A DNA stretch of 64,000 bases from Eubacteriales bacterium (GCA_045128735.1 JBGVRT010000133.1:22425-86424), one strand, 5' to 3'; shown: positions 1-7,708, numbered from the stretch's first letter. Notes: generated by a model not told the origin, from the letters alone. Translations and numbers: made by a program.

Positions 1-109
1 TCTTGAGACCGAGGTTGTGGCGGTGGTGGCAGTGGTTAATCTTAACCTTTCCGTTTGCGGTAACAGAAAATCTCTTTGCAGAGGCTTTATGTGTCTTGAT
101 CTTTCCCAT
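1..109 (-). CDS. rpmI: 50S ribosomal protein L35, 5' part only (gene runs off the left edge)
   Basis: Reverse complement of 1..109 starts at ATG (109..107). It reads MGKIKTHKASAKRFSVTANGKVKINHCHHRHNLGLK, a canonical L35 N-terminus. It lies ~100 nt downstream of infC, as in the infC-rpmI-rplT operon. It is absent from the ORF track because it is truncated. Confidence 0.85.
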   Translation of the reverse strand, partial: MGKIKTHKASAKRFSVTANGKVKINHCHHRHNLGLK

Positions 110-209
110 GATTTTTGTCTCCTTTACTATTTTTCAGACCCCGTAAATCACGACGGTAGCCTGTGTTAAATTATCATACAACGGCATTGCCGCGTGTTAT
201 GAACCAAAA

Positions 210-737
210 TTATTTCTTTGCGGGCTTAATTGGTGCAAGTACCATACTCATAAGTCTTCCGTCAAGCACAGGCTTCTTGTCGGTTGCCCCGTATTCGGCG
301 CAAGCCTCCTCGAATTTTGTCATTATCTCGCTTCCCATTGCGACGTGGCTCATCTCGCGTCCCTTGAATCTGAGAACTACGCGAACCTTGTTTCCGTCGG
401 TGAGGAATCTTACTGCGTGCTTAACCTTTGTCTCGAAATCGTGAGTGTCGATTCTGTAAGAAAGCTGAATTTCCTTTACTTCAACTACCTGCTGCTTCTT
501 GCGTGCTTCTTTTTCTCTCTTTTCGCACTCAAAGCGGTACTTTCCGTAATCCATTATTTTACATACGGGGGGAGTTGCGTTTGCAGCCATCATAACAAGG
601 TCATAGCCCTCGTCATACGCGCGGTTAAGCGCCTCCGCACTGCTCATAATACCGAGCTGTTCTCCGTCGGGACCGATTACTCTGATCTCTTTTTCCTTAA
701 TAGCTTCGTTGATCTGCACTTCTTTTGCGTTACTGAT
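210..737 (-). CDS. infC: Translation initiation factor IF-3
   Basis: ORF 210..806 contains a full IF-3 (EIRVIGPDGEQLGIMS, KEIQLSYRIDTHDFETKVKH, VVLRFKGREM). I place the start at ATC 737..735 (ISNAKEVQINE). GGAGGTG (751..745) sits 7 nt upstream, and the rest of the ORF overlaps a terminator hairpin. IF-3 genes classically use AUU/AUA/AUC starts. Confidence 0.9.
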   Translation of the reverse strand: MSNAKEVQINEAIKEKEIRVIGPDGEQLGIMSSAEALNRAYDEGYDLVMMAANATPPVCKIMDYGKYRFECEKREKEARKKQQVVEVKEIQLSYRIDTHDFETKVKHAVRFLTDGNKVRVVLRFKGREMSHVAMGSEIMTKFEEACAEYGATDKKPVLDGRLMSMVLAPIKPAKK

Positions 738-751
738 AGGTGTACACCTCC

Positions 752-904
752 AAAATTTATTTGGCTTAAAAAACAAAAGCCCGCGAAGCCTACACTCCGC
801 GCGCAAAATCTACCACAGGCTTGCCCGTGGAAAATCTTGAATATCAACCGAATGCGCACGTAGGCGATACGGTGAGAACGGAGAGTTCTGCTTCTTACCC
901 GATG
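752..904 (-). promoter_or_regulatory. infC-rpmI-rplT 5' leader, probably an L20-leader-type ribosomal-protein leader
   Basis: A ~150-nt untranslated leader between a consensus promoter and the infC SD, ending in a terminator hairpin. Firmicutes regulate this operon through an L20-binding leader with attenuation. The family assignment was not verified by a covariance model. Confidence 0.45.
767..803 (-). terminator. Leader attenuator (intrinsic terminator) upstream of infC
   Basis: The minus strand reads GCGCGCGGAG-tgtagg-CTTCGCGGGC, a 10-bp stem with 1 mismatch, followed by TTTTGTTTTTT. It lies between the promoter and the infC SD. Confidence 0.6.
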
Positions 905-933
905 ATTTTACCACAAAAAATCGGAAATGTCAA
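905..933 (-). promoter_or_regulatory. Sigma-A type promoter of the infC operon
   Basis: Minus strand: TTGACA (933..928), 17-nt spacer, TGgTAAAAT extended -10 (913..905). Confidence 0.6.
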
Positions 934-971
934 TAGGTTTACGAAAATTTTTTTGACATTTCCTAATTTTT

Positions 972-1571
972 TTATTTTTCCTTGAGTGCATCGTACTCGC
1001 TTTTGAGTATAGAGCACATTCCAACGTCTCTGTATATTCCGTTTACGCATACCGATGAACGATATACTCCCTCAAAGGTCATTCCAAGCTTTTCCATCAC
1101 GCGTTTTGAGGCATCGTTCCCCACCATATACCTTGCCTCGATGCGGTTAAGCTCCATTTCCCGAAAGCCAAAGCGCATAACGGTGCGCGCCGCCTCTGCC
1201 GCTATCCCCCTGCCTCTGTAATCGGGGTTTATAACGTAGCCGATCTCAGCCGAATTGTTGGGTATATTCACGCTTGTAAAGCCGCAGGTTCCTATCATTT
1301 TGTTTTCTTCTTCCCATATAATAGCCCAATCGTAAAAGCTTCCGAGCTTATAGTAAGACTTAAGCGAACCAAGATACGCCTTGGTGTACTCCACGTCGGG
1401 GTGGGGCGACCAGGTGAGAAAACGCGTCACCTCGGGACGGCGGGCATAGTCGTACATATCGAAACAGTCACACACCTGCATTCCGCGAAGCGTCAGTCGC
1501 TCGCTTTTCAGCGTCGGAATATTGCTGAATATTTCCACAAGCCTTTCAAAAACCATTTTTGCCTCCGTCAT
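972..1571 (-). CDS. GNAT family N-acetyltransferase (RimJ/RimL-like)
   Basis: 199-aa ORF with acetyl-CoA binding-type motifs (INPDYRGRGIAAEAARTVMRFGF, NDASKRVMEKLGMTFEG), typical of ribosomal-protein-acetyltransferase-like GNATs. Confidence 0.75.
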   Translation of the reverse strand: MTEAKMVFERLVEIFSNIPTLKSERLTLRGMQVCDCFDMYDYARRPEVTRFLTWSPHPDVEYTKAYLGSLKSYYKLGSFYDWAIIWEEENKMIGTCGFTSVNIPNNSAEIGYVINPDYRGRGIAAEAARTVMRFGFREMELNRIEARYMVGNDASKRVMEKLGMTFEGVYRSSVCVNGIYRDVGMCSILKSEYDALKEK

Positions 1572-1702
1572 TCGATACTCTTTACCCGATTATACCACTT
1601 ATGCAAAAAAAATTCAATATTTATTGCAAAAAATTGCAAAAAAGTATTTACTTTTTTTTGTTTTTGTGGTATTCTTTGAGTAGAATAAAAAGGAGTTTTC
1701 TT

Positions 1703-2542
1703 ATGGTACTCACAAAATACACGGGTGAAAATCTGAATATAAGACATACCGTTGACGATGAGCCGCTGCAAGACAGCTTCTTTTTGCACGCCCACAGAAC
1801 CTATGAGCTTTTTTACTTCATTTCGGGAGATTGCTATTACACGGTTGAGGGCACCGATTATCCGCTTGTTTCTGGCTGTTTTTTGCTTATGAGAAGCGGT
1901 GAGGCGCACACGTTGCACGTGCGCTCGGCTGAAACCTACGAGCGAATCACGGTGAACTTTTCGCCCTCAGTGATTCCCCTTCTCGGAAAGGAAGTCGGCG
2001 AGCTTTTCTGCGAGAGACCTCTCGGCAAGGGCAATCTATTTATTCCCGACGAGGAAAGCGGCAGCTTTTTGAATCTGTGTATGCAAAAAATATGCAGAGA
2101 GGCGACAGACGGCGGCAACGAGGAGAGAATGATTTCCAACCTTATGCCCGTACTTACCGAGCTTTACCACATAAGATCCACGAGCACGGACGAAAACAGC
2201 TATCTCACCCCTCCCTCCCAAGGCTCGTCGGAAACGGTCAGCAAGATAATCGAGTATATCAACGAAAACCTTGTGACAATTCAAGGGCTTGAAGATTTGG
2301 AAAAGGAATTTTTCTTCAGCAAATCCTACATAAACCGAATTTTCAAGGAGTCCACGGGCTCGTCGGTTTGGGATTATATAATATTGAAAAGACTTATTCT
2401 TTCGCGCTCGCTTCTGCAAAACGGAAAGCAGGCAAATATCGTGGCATCGGAATGCGGATTTTGCGATTATTCATCGTTTTACAGACAGTTCAAGCAACGC
2501 TTTGGAATCTCTCCCCTTGCCGCACGCAAAGTGAAGCACTGA
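1703..2542 (+). CDS. AraC family transcriptional regulator (cupin N-domain plus HTH)
   Basis: The C-terminal HTH region (SKSYINRIFKESTGSSVWDYIILKRL ... CGFCDYSSFYRQFKQRFGISP) is AraC-type. The N-terminus has a cupin-like HAHRTYELFYFISGD motif. The start is set at ATG 1703 after AAAGGAG, because the longer track ORF overlaps the GNAT gene. Confidence 0.8.
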   Translation: MVLTKYTGENLNIRHTVDDEPLQDSFFLHAHRTYELFYFISGDCYYTVEGTDYPLVSGCFLLMRSGEAHTLHVRSAETYERITVNFSPSVIPLLGKEVGELFCERPLGKGNLFIPDEESGSFLNLCMQKICREATDGGNEERMISNLMPVLTELYHIRSTSTDENSYLTPPSQGSSETVSKIIEYINENLVTIQGLEDLEKEFFFSKSYINRIFKESTGSSVWDYIILKRLILSRSLLQNGKQANIVASECGFCDYSSFYRQFKQRFGISPLAARKVKH

Positions 2543-2613
2543 GAAAAGCACAGTCATATATACGCCATTTACACGGTGGATATGTATAAAAAACATCAAA
2601 GGAAGGTACGCTT

Positions 2614-3357
2614 ATGAAAAAGATAAGAGTAACGGTCTGGAACGAATACAGACACGAAAAGAAAAAGGAGTCGGTTGCCGCCATTTACCCCAACGGTCTC
2701 CACGCGAAAATCGCTGAATTTCTCGGCGAGTGCGATGACCTTGAGATAACACTTGCAGCGCTTGACGATCCCTATCAGGGTCTCCCCGACGAGGTACTTA
2801 ACAATACCGACGTACTTATCTGGTGGGGCCATGTGGCTCACGATGATGTAGACGATGCACTTGCGGACAGAATCCGCGACCGCGTTTACACAGGCAAGAT
2901 GGGCTTTGTTGCCCTGCACTCGGCTCACAAGTCCAAGCCCTTTACAAGAATAGTCGGAACAAACGGAAACCTCTCCTGGGGCAGAAATCAGAAGGAAGTA
3001 GTTTGGAATCTTCTTCCCTCGAGCCCTATTGCCGCAGGTATTCCCGACCACTTTGTACTTGAGGAGGAAGAGCTTTACAGCGAGCCCTTCTACATTCCCC
3101 AGCCCGACGCGCTTGTTTTCGGAAGCTGGTTTGAGGACGGAAACATATTCAGAAGCGGAGCTTGCTTCCTTCGCGGCGCAGGTAAGATTTTCTACTTCCA
3201 GCCCGGTCACGAGACCTGCAAGTCCTTCTATAACCCCTACGTTCAGCAGATAATCAAGAACGCCGTTCATTGGGCTGTTCCCAACGAAATCGGCTACGAT
3301 CTTGACAACACATGTCCTCAGTACAAAACTAAGGTTATCGACGAGTTCAACGCGTAA
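2614..3357 (+). CDS. ThuA domain-containing protein (trehalose-utilisation-like, class I glutamine amidotransferase-like fold)
   Basis: 247 aa. MKKIRVTVWNEYRHEK ... DVLIWWGHVAHDDV ... GFVALHSAHKSKPF ... FYFQPGHE matches the ThuA family pattern as I remember it. Confidence 0.7.
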   Translation: MKKIRVTVWNEYRHEKKKESVAAIYPNGLHAKIAEFLGECDDLEITLAALDDPYQGLPDEVLNNTDVLIWWGHVAHDDVDDALADRIRDRVYTGKMGFVALHSAHKSKPFTRIVGTNGNLSWGRNQKEVVWNLLPSSPIAAGIPDHFVLEEEELYSEPFYIPQPDALVFGSWFEDGNIFRSGACFLRGAGKIFYFQPGHETCKSFYNPYVQQIIKNAVHWAVPNEIGYDLDNTCPQYKTKVIDEFNA

Positions 3358-3367
3358 AAACAGATAA

Positions 3368-3397
3368 GGAGCTGACTCCGCGGAGTCAGCTCCTTTT
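3368..3397. terminator. Bidirectional intrinsic terminator between convergent genes
   Basis: Perfect palindrome GGAGCTGACTCCG/CGGAGTCAGCTCC followed by TTTT on the plus strand. On the minus strand it is followed by a weaker T-rich tract. Confidence 0.7.
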
Positions 3398-3435
3398 GTA
3401 TTCTTGATGAACACTACATTATCAAATTCAAATGC

Positions 3436-5394
3436 TTACTGTGCAACGCCGTCTATAACCACATAAACGGTACCCGCGTTACCATCCTGATAAGTAAGAA
3501 TGTCTCCGTTTATTGCTGTTTCAGCAGTTGTATATTCGAATTTGCAATTGTTCAGAGTAAGATTTACGATAGCATCCGATGCACTTGCAACGGCACGAAT
3601 AGGAGCCGCATAGCTGGTTTGCGTAGTTACATACGTAGATGTTGCGCAATCAACAAAAGTACAATCGGTAAGTGTGTAGTTCTGAACATACTCGTTCTCA
3701 CTGTTCATATTTTTGTTGTTCTGGTTTATACCAACTGCGAAATTCTTAAATGTGGTACTATTAACCTCAAGATTATTAAGTCCCTCGCACCAAACAGCAC
3801 TGTCTCTGTATGCATCAGTACCAACAAAAGTACAGTTATTGACCGAAATATTCAAATTACCGTTATATGTTGAATTATGCAAAACAATTTTTGAAACGTT
3901 CTCACAATCGTTAACATACACGTTAACATTTGCCCCTGCGGGAACAACGCCCCATACAGCACAGCCGTCAAGGTCATATACGCTCAATGTCACGTCGGAA
4001 TCCATGGTGGTACAAGACATTCCTCCGGCTTGCGGGAAACCGATTTCAAAATCACGCTCACCGCCGCTTATATACGAACCGTTACCGTAAACTGCAACAT
4101 TGGAGCAAACGTGTGCGTGAGTTATTGCACCGAGATCGGTGTTGGGCTTCAAGTAGAGAGCACTATCGGTTGCGTCGCTATTGTGAATTGCCTTAAGTGC
4201 AGCAGAAAGAGTTGCATAATACACGCCGTTGGTATACGCGACATTTGTTCCAAAAGTCTCTGCTGTTACGCCGGCAGGAAGGAAATATTCTTCTGTGTAC
4301 TTTCCGTAAACAGCAACATCACAGAAATGAGCCGCCTCGTAAGAGATTGTTCCGTCAGCATTTACTGTAGGAGTGGCAACAAGCTCGCTGTCGTGATAAA
4401 CGTAAACAAGCTGACCTGCGCCAAAGGTGGTCTGCGCGGGAAGAGTAACAGCAATCGATCCGTTGCTACCGTCAAGCTCGATTTCATTTCCATTCTGGTC
4501 AACAAGCTTAACAGAAGCAAAGGTAATTGTATCATCCTCTACAGCAGACGCAGAGTAGGTAAGAGAAATCTGTGTTACTTCCGCAGGAAGATTGTTAATA
4601 ACTGTCGCAGGAACTTCAACTTCCATTCCGTTTGCATTAAGGGTTATAGGATCGGTAACGTCCTCTGTGGGAATTGATACGGGTACAGATGCTACGGGAT
4701 AGTCGGCATCCTCGTCGTAATCCTTACCAAAGCTATCCTCCTCGGCATTGAGCTGAGTTGCAACAACTGTCACGTCGATGCTGATAGACTTGCCCTGATA
4801 CTCGTTGCCCGCCTCCTCCTGCATATGTACTGCAAGAGCGAAGTAGTCCTTTTTGCCAATCTCAAGCTGACCGTTGGGAGCGGCAACAACCTTGCCGTAT
4901 ACCAAAAGCGATCCGAGTGTGGGAACTGCCGCAGATGCATCCCAAGAGCCAACGCGCTGAACGTTTGCAATATCCTTGCCATAGTCAACTACGGCAAATT
5001 CGAGAACGTCCGCAAGATTTACAGCATCGGTCGTGTCCTCGTCGGTAACATTAAGAACGATGTTGTACTTAAGCGCGAGGTTACCGAGGTTAGCTACTGC
5101 AAGGTAAACTACCTGAGTCTTACCGGGCTCCCAAAGCGTTGCGGTGCTGTCGTTAGCGTTTGCGCCCTCCTTGAAGATATCGCCGCTTCCGCCTGCGATA
5201 GAGACGTAGTTGCCGTCTTCTGCCTTGTCCATTTGAAGATCCACGTCAAGAGTACCTGCAACGATACGGTTATTGCTGCTTGTCTCTGTGTCCGTAAACC
5301 AAGCAAATGTGGTTCCTGTGAGCATTGCAAAGCAAAGCATAAGTGCCATTATACTTGTGAGCAGTGCTCTTTTTGTTGTCTTAGTGTTAGACAT
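3436..5394 (-). CDS. Secreted protein with a SipW-dependent (TasA/camelysin-type) signal peptide, a TasA-like N-domain and C-terminal parallel beta-helix repeats
   Basis: The N-terminus MSNTKTTKRALLTSIMALMLCFAMLTGTTFAWFTDTETSSNNRIVAGTLDVDL carries the GTxFAWFTD motif of SipW-cognate signal peptides. The C-terminal third has repeated NxT/NC-type turns (LNISVNNCTFVG, LEVNSTTFKNF, YTLTDCTFVDC, LTLNNCKFEY), typical of PbH1 beta-helix repeats. Confidence 0.7.
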   Translation of the reverse strand: MSNTKTTKRALLTSIMALMLCFAMLTGTTFAWFTDTETSSNNRIVAGTLDVDLQMDKAEDGNYVSIAGGSGDIFKEGANANDSTATLWEPGKTQVVYLAVANLGNLALKYNIVLNVTDEDTTDAVNLADVLEFAVVDYGKDIANVQRVGSWDASAAVPTLGSLLVYGKVVAAPNGQLEIGKKDYFALAVHMQEEAGNEYQGKSISIDVTVVATQLNAEEDSFGKDYDEDADYPVASVPVSIPTEDVTDPITLNANGMEVEVPATVINNLPAEVTQISLTYSASAVEDDTITFASVKLVDQNGNEIELDGSNGSIAVTLPAQTTFGAGQLVYVYHDSELVATPTVNADGTISYEAAHFCDVAVYGKYTEEYFLPAGVTAETFGTNVAYTNGVYYATLSAALKAIHNSDATDSALYLKPNTDLGAITHAHVCSNVAVYGNGSYISGGERDFEIGFPQAGGMSCTTMDSDVTLSVYDLDGCAVWGVVPAGANVNVYVNDCENVSKIVLHNSTYNGNLNISVNNCTFVGTDAYRDSAVWCEGLNNLEVNSTTFKNFAVGINQNNKNMNSENEYVQNYTLTDCTFVDCATSTYVTTQTSYAAPIRAVASASDAIVNLTLNNCKFEYTTAETAINGDILTYQDGNAGTVYVVIDGVAQ

Positions 5395-5442
5395 TTTTCT
5401 TTTCTCCTTAAATAGTTTATTTTTGCCGTTTGGGAATCGAAA

Positions 5443-5517
5443 GACACAAGCCGTAGCCTAAGTGGACTCGAACCGACTCTCGGGGCTGACTAACTCAAAG
5501 GCCCAGTTTCTTGTGCC
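5443..5517 (-). promoter_or_regulatory. GC-rich structured element in the 5' leader of the TasA-like gene (candidate cis-regulatory RNA)
   Basis: Minus strand: GGCACAAG (5517..5510) can pair with CTTGTGTC (5450..5443). The pair encloses ~58 nt with internal CCGA-gag-TCGG and AGCC/GGCT pairings. It ends ~48 nt before the start codon and stands out from AT-rich surroundings. No family was assigned. Confidence 0.3.
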
Positions 5518-5579
5518 CTTGGATTGCAAAACGGAATTTTTCTCTAAAAGTACACTTTTATGGAAAAGGGAAAAAGAAT

Positions 5580-5622
5580 AAAAAAAGCCCATTTTTCAAG
5601 ATAAAAATCCTAAAAAATGGGC
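5580..5622 (-). terminator. Intrinsic terminator (minus strand only)
   Basis: Minus strand: GCCCATTTTT-(16-nt loop)-AAAAATGGGC followed by TTTTTTT. No T-tract follows it on the plus strand. Confidence 0.7.
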
Positions 5623-5701
5623 AAAAAAGCATACAAAAACAATATTCTCTAAAAAGAAAAGTTACAAGTTTTTTACACAATCTGAACACTTCTGTGGGTA
5701 A

Positions 5702-5730
5702 AGTATATCACAAATCAAAGCTTTTTGCAA
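5702..5730 (-). promoter_or_regulatory. Predicted sigma-A promoter inside the nif3/TasA-like intergenic region
   Basis: Minus strand: TTGCAA (5730..5725), 17-nt spacer, TGaTATACT (5710..5702). It fires towards the terminator at 5580-5622 and the TasA-like gene. Confidence 0.45.
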
Positions 5731-5810
5731 TAGTTTTCTAAAATTTTTTCATCTTTTTTGAACTTAGGTATAACTTTACCCACAGATTGGAGCTGAATCG
5801 CGAAAAAGCT

Positions 5811-6572
5811 TCAGATTGCGTTTACGTTATTGGAGTCGGCGAAAATTATTTCAGCGGTGGGAATAGCTCCCTTGACAAGCTCGGCAAGGGCGTTAAGTGC
5901 GGGATTTTCGGTAAAGTAGTGCCCTGCTTCCACCAAGTTTATACCGTTTTCCTTAGCGTCCGCCATCATATGGTAACCGATTCGACCGCTTAAGTAGGTA
6001 TCCGCGCCCGCATTCTTTGCCGCGCTCACAAAGTCGTCGCCGTTACCGCCAAGCACCGCAACGCGCTTTACGGGAAGATTGCCGCTATAGAGCACCACGG
6101 GAGAGCCAAGCGTCTCCTTTACCTTTGCGGCAAATAGGGGAAGTTCGGTTTCTTCCACAAAGCCCACGCGCCCCATTTCCTCTCCGTCCACGCCGAAGCT
6201 CTCCACGTTTTTCAAGCCAAGGACATTGGCAAGCACGTCATTTACGCCTCCGCAAACGGCGTCAAATCTCGTATGGAAAGACATTACGGCCATGCCGTTC
6301 TCCACAAGCTTTATAAGCTTTCTCGGCACTCCCGCGTAGGTTGTAAGCGACTTTATCGGCTTGAACACAAGGGGGTGATGGGATACTATCACGTCACATT
6401 CATTTGCTACCGCCTTATCCACAATTTCCTCGGAAACGTCAAGGGCAACCAACACCTTTCTTATCCGACGCTCGGGGTTGGGGCAACACATAAGACCGTC
6501 GTTATCCCACTCGCAGGAGAGAGACGGCGGTATTTTTTCATTCATATATTCATATAACTCTTTTACAGTCAT
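5811..6572 (-). CDS. Nif3-like dinuclear metal centre protein (GTP cyclohydrolase 1 type 2 / YqfO family)
   Basis: 253 aa. EWDNDGL, VIVSHHPLVFKP, FHTRFD and EAGHY motifs are typical of NIF3. It overlaps the trmK stop by 4 nt, the conserved trmK-nif3 pairing. Confidence 0.85.
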   Translation of the reverse strand: MTVKELYEYMNEKIPPSLSCEWDNDGLMCCPNPERRIRKVLVALDVSEEIVDKAVANECDVIVSHHPLVFKPIKSLTTYAGVPRKLIKLVENGMAVMSFHTRFDAVCGGVNDVLANVLGLKNVESFGVDGEEMGRVGFVEETELPLFAAKVKETLGSPVVLYSGNLPVKRVAVLGGNGDDFVSAAKNAGADTYLSGRIGYHMMADAKENGINLVEAGHYFTENPALNALAELVKGAIPTAEIIFADSNNVNAI

Positions 6573-7252
6573 TTCGTTTTCTCCAATATATTTTTGAATT
6601 GCTCTACAAGCTGCGTTTCCTCGTCTCCGAGACCTGCCGCGCGCTTACCCTCAAGTCGTGCGGTATAGACCTCTATTCGGTTTTCAACAAATTTACAAAA
6701 CAGCTCTCCGCCGCGTTTTATATTATGCTTACCGAGGATAAGCTCTGCGCGGGTATACCGCTCTGATTTTCCCGAATATTCGGCGCACAGCGTTTGATAA
6801 ATTTTGCCCTCGTCCTCAGAAAGTACCTCGTCAACGATAGAGAAGCCCGAGGACAGCAAATATTCCCTTACCTCCTCCTGCTTTGTCATGGGTTGGAGGA
6901 TAAGGCGAACTTTTTTATTTTTGACCCACGGCGCGTTTCCTATTATTCGGCAAACAAGCTCACCGCCCATTCCGAATATCGCCACGTCATCGGGGGCGTA
7001 AGACTCTAATTTTTCAAGTCCGTCGGACAGTACTGTAACTACGCCGTCTGACGCGTTTTGTTTTGAAATATTCCTTTTTGCCGATTCGAGGGGCATTGGG
7101 TTTATATCGGCGGCTATCGCCTTTTTTATTTTATTGTTTTTATACAGATATATGGGCAGGTAGCCGTGGTCTGTTCCCACGTCGGCAAAAACTCCGCCGC
7201 GCACAAATCCCACCGCGCTCATAAGTCTGTTACTAAGAAGATTATTTCGCAT
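6569..7252 (-). CDS. trmK: tRNA (adenine(22)-N(1))-methyltransferase
   Basis: LSNRLMSAVGFVRGGVFADVGTDHGYLPIYL is the TrmK/YqfN N-terminal SAM-binding signature. The start is set at ATG 7252 (GGTG 5 nt upstream) rather than the track start at 7288. Confidence 0.85.
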   Translation of the reverse strand: MRNNLLSNRLMSAVGFVRGGVFADVGTDHGYLPIYLYKNNKIKKAIAADINPMPLESAKRNISKQNASDGVVTVLSDGLEKLESYAPDDVAIFGMGGELVCRIIGNAPWVKNKKVRLILQPMTKQEEVREYLLSSGFSIVDEVLSEDEGKIYQTLCAEYSGKSERYTRAELILGKHNIKRGGELFCKFVENRIEVYTARLEGKRAAGLGDEETQLVEQFKNILEKTK

Positions 7253-7314
7253 TTCGTCACCTTTTGGGAAGAAAAAACCGCTCGACAAAGCCGTTTCTGC
7301 CGAGCGGAGTTCTC

Positions 7315-7515
7315 TTACTTGGATGCAAGATATTTATTGATTTTTTCAACAAGCTCTTCGGCATTTGTTCCGTGAACGGCGCAAGCGTCCTCGATAGACT
7401 CTCCTCTTGAAGAGGGGCAACCGAGACAGTGCATTCCGATTTCAAAGAAAAAGCGTGCCGTATCTACGTCGAAATCAAGTACGTCGCCGATGATGGATTC
7501 CTTTGTAACCTTCAT
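7315..7515 (-). CDS. DUF1858-type small redox-disulfide domain protein
   Basis: 66 aa. The sequence MKVTKESIIGDVL ... GMHCLGCPSSRGESIEDACAVHG resembles the hybrid-cluster-protein-associated redox disulfide domain. GGAGGT lies upstream of the ATG. Confidence 0.6.
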   Translation of the reverse strand: MKVTKESIIGDVLDFDVDTARFFFEIGMHCLGCPSSRGESIEDACAVHGTNAEELVEKINKYLASK

Positions 7516-7548
7516 TTATTTCTACCTCCATATTTTTAATTCTCCTTT

Positions 7549-7577
7549 ATTATATAACTTTTTATTCGATTTGTCAA
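7549..7577 (-). promoter_or_regulatory. Sigma-A promoter of the DUF1858-trmK-nif3 operon
   Basis: Minus strand: TTGACA (7577..7572), 17 nt, TATAAT (7554..7549). Confidence 0.6.
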
Positions 7578-7620
7578 CTGAATTTTTGCAATTATATGCA
7601 AAGAAAATTTTGCAAACCCC

Positions 7621-7650
7621 TTGAAAAATCGACTCGGTGTATGGTATAAT
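7621..7650 (+). promoter_or_regulatory. Sigma-A promoter of prfB
   Basis: TTGAAA (7621-7626), 18 nt, TGgTATAAT (7642-7650). The ATG at 7637 that opens the track ORF lies inside this -10 region. Confidence 0.55.
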
Positions 7651-7708
7651 ATATAATAACTATATTTTTACAGATTATTTAGCCGCGCTCGCGGCGTGGG
7701 AGGTTAAT

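Noticed and set aside
1559-1702. N-terminal extensions of several track ORFs: 1559 (AraC), 37092 (udg), 51836 (rimO), 41410 (E2-like), 16065 (rplL), 15406 (rplJ), 30624 (rsmH), 31036 (mraZ)
   Set aside because: In each case the extension overlaps a promoter, a neighbouring gene or a leader. A downstream ATG with a good SD gives the canonical family N-terminus.
2596-3414. Long antisense ORFs opposite ThuA (2596..3414), hydroxyacid dehydrogenase (14267..15079), FtsW (21747..22463), MraY (22738..23571), ROK kinase (42882..43679) and phosphoesterase/RlmD (50222..51163)
   Set aside because: In every case the opposite strand carries a protein with clear family motifs. The antisense products are compositionally aberrant. 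They are treated as shadow ORFs, not overlapping genes.
5464-5474. GGTTCGAGTCC (minus strand), which looks like a tRNA T-arm, suggesting a tRNA gene or an att-site remnant
   Set aside because: The flanking bases do not form a T-stem (GTCGG vs CCACT). No acceptor, D or anticodon arms can be drawn. There is no integrase or full tRNA in the window. It is kept only as part of the structured-leader finding.
5443-5530. Calling the TasA-leader element a c-di-GMP class II riboswitch
   Set aside because: Only short segments resemble what I remember of that aptamer. I could not reconstruct its P1-P3 helices and pseudoknot. It is reported as a hypothesis to test with a covariance model, not as a feature call.
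5511-5741. 76-aa Lys-rich ORF in the nif3/TasA-like intergenic region
   Set aside because: It has a non-ATG start and no SD. Its composition is driven by A-rich DNA, and it spans a terminator hairpin and a promoter on the other strand.
7637-7708. The ATG at 7637 as the prfB start (24 extra N-terminal residues, MYGIIYNNYIF...)
   Set aside because: That ATG lies inside the TGgTATAAT -10 element of the promoter. The extension does not match RF2. A GGGAGG SD precedes the TTG at 7709.
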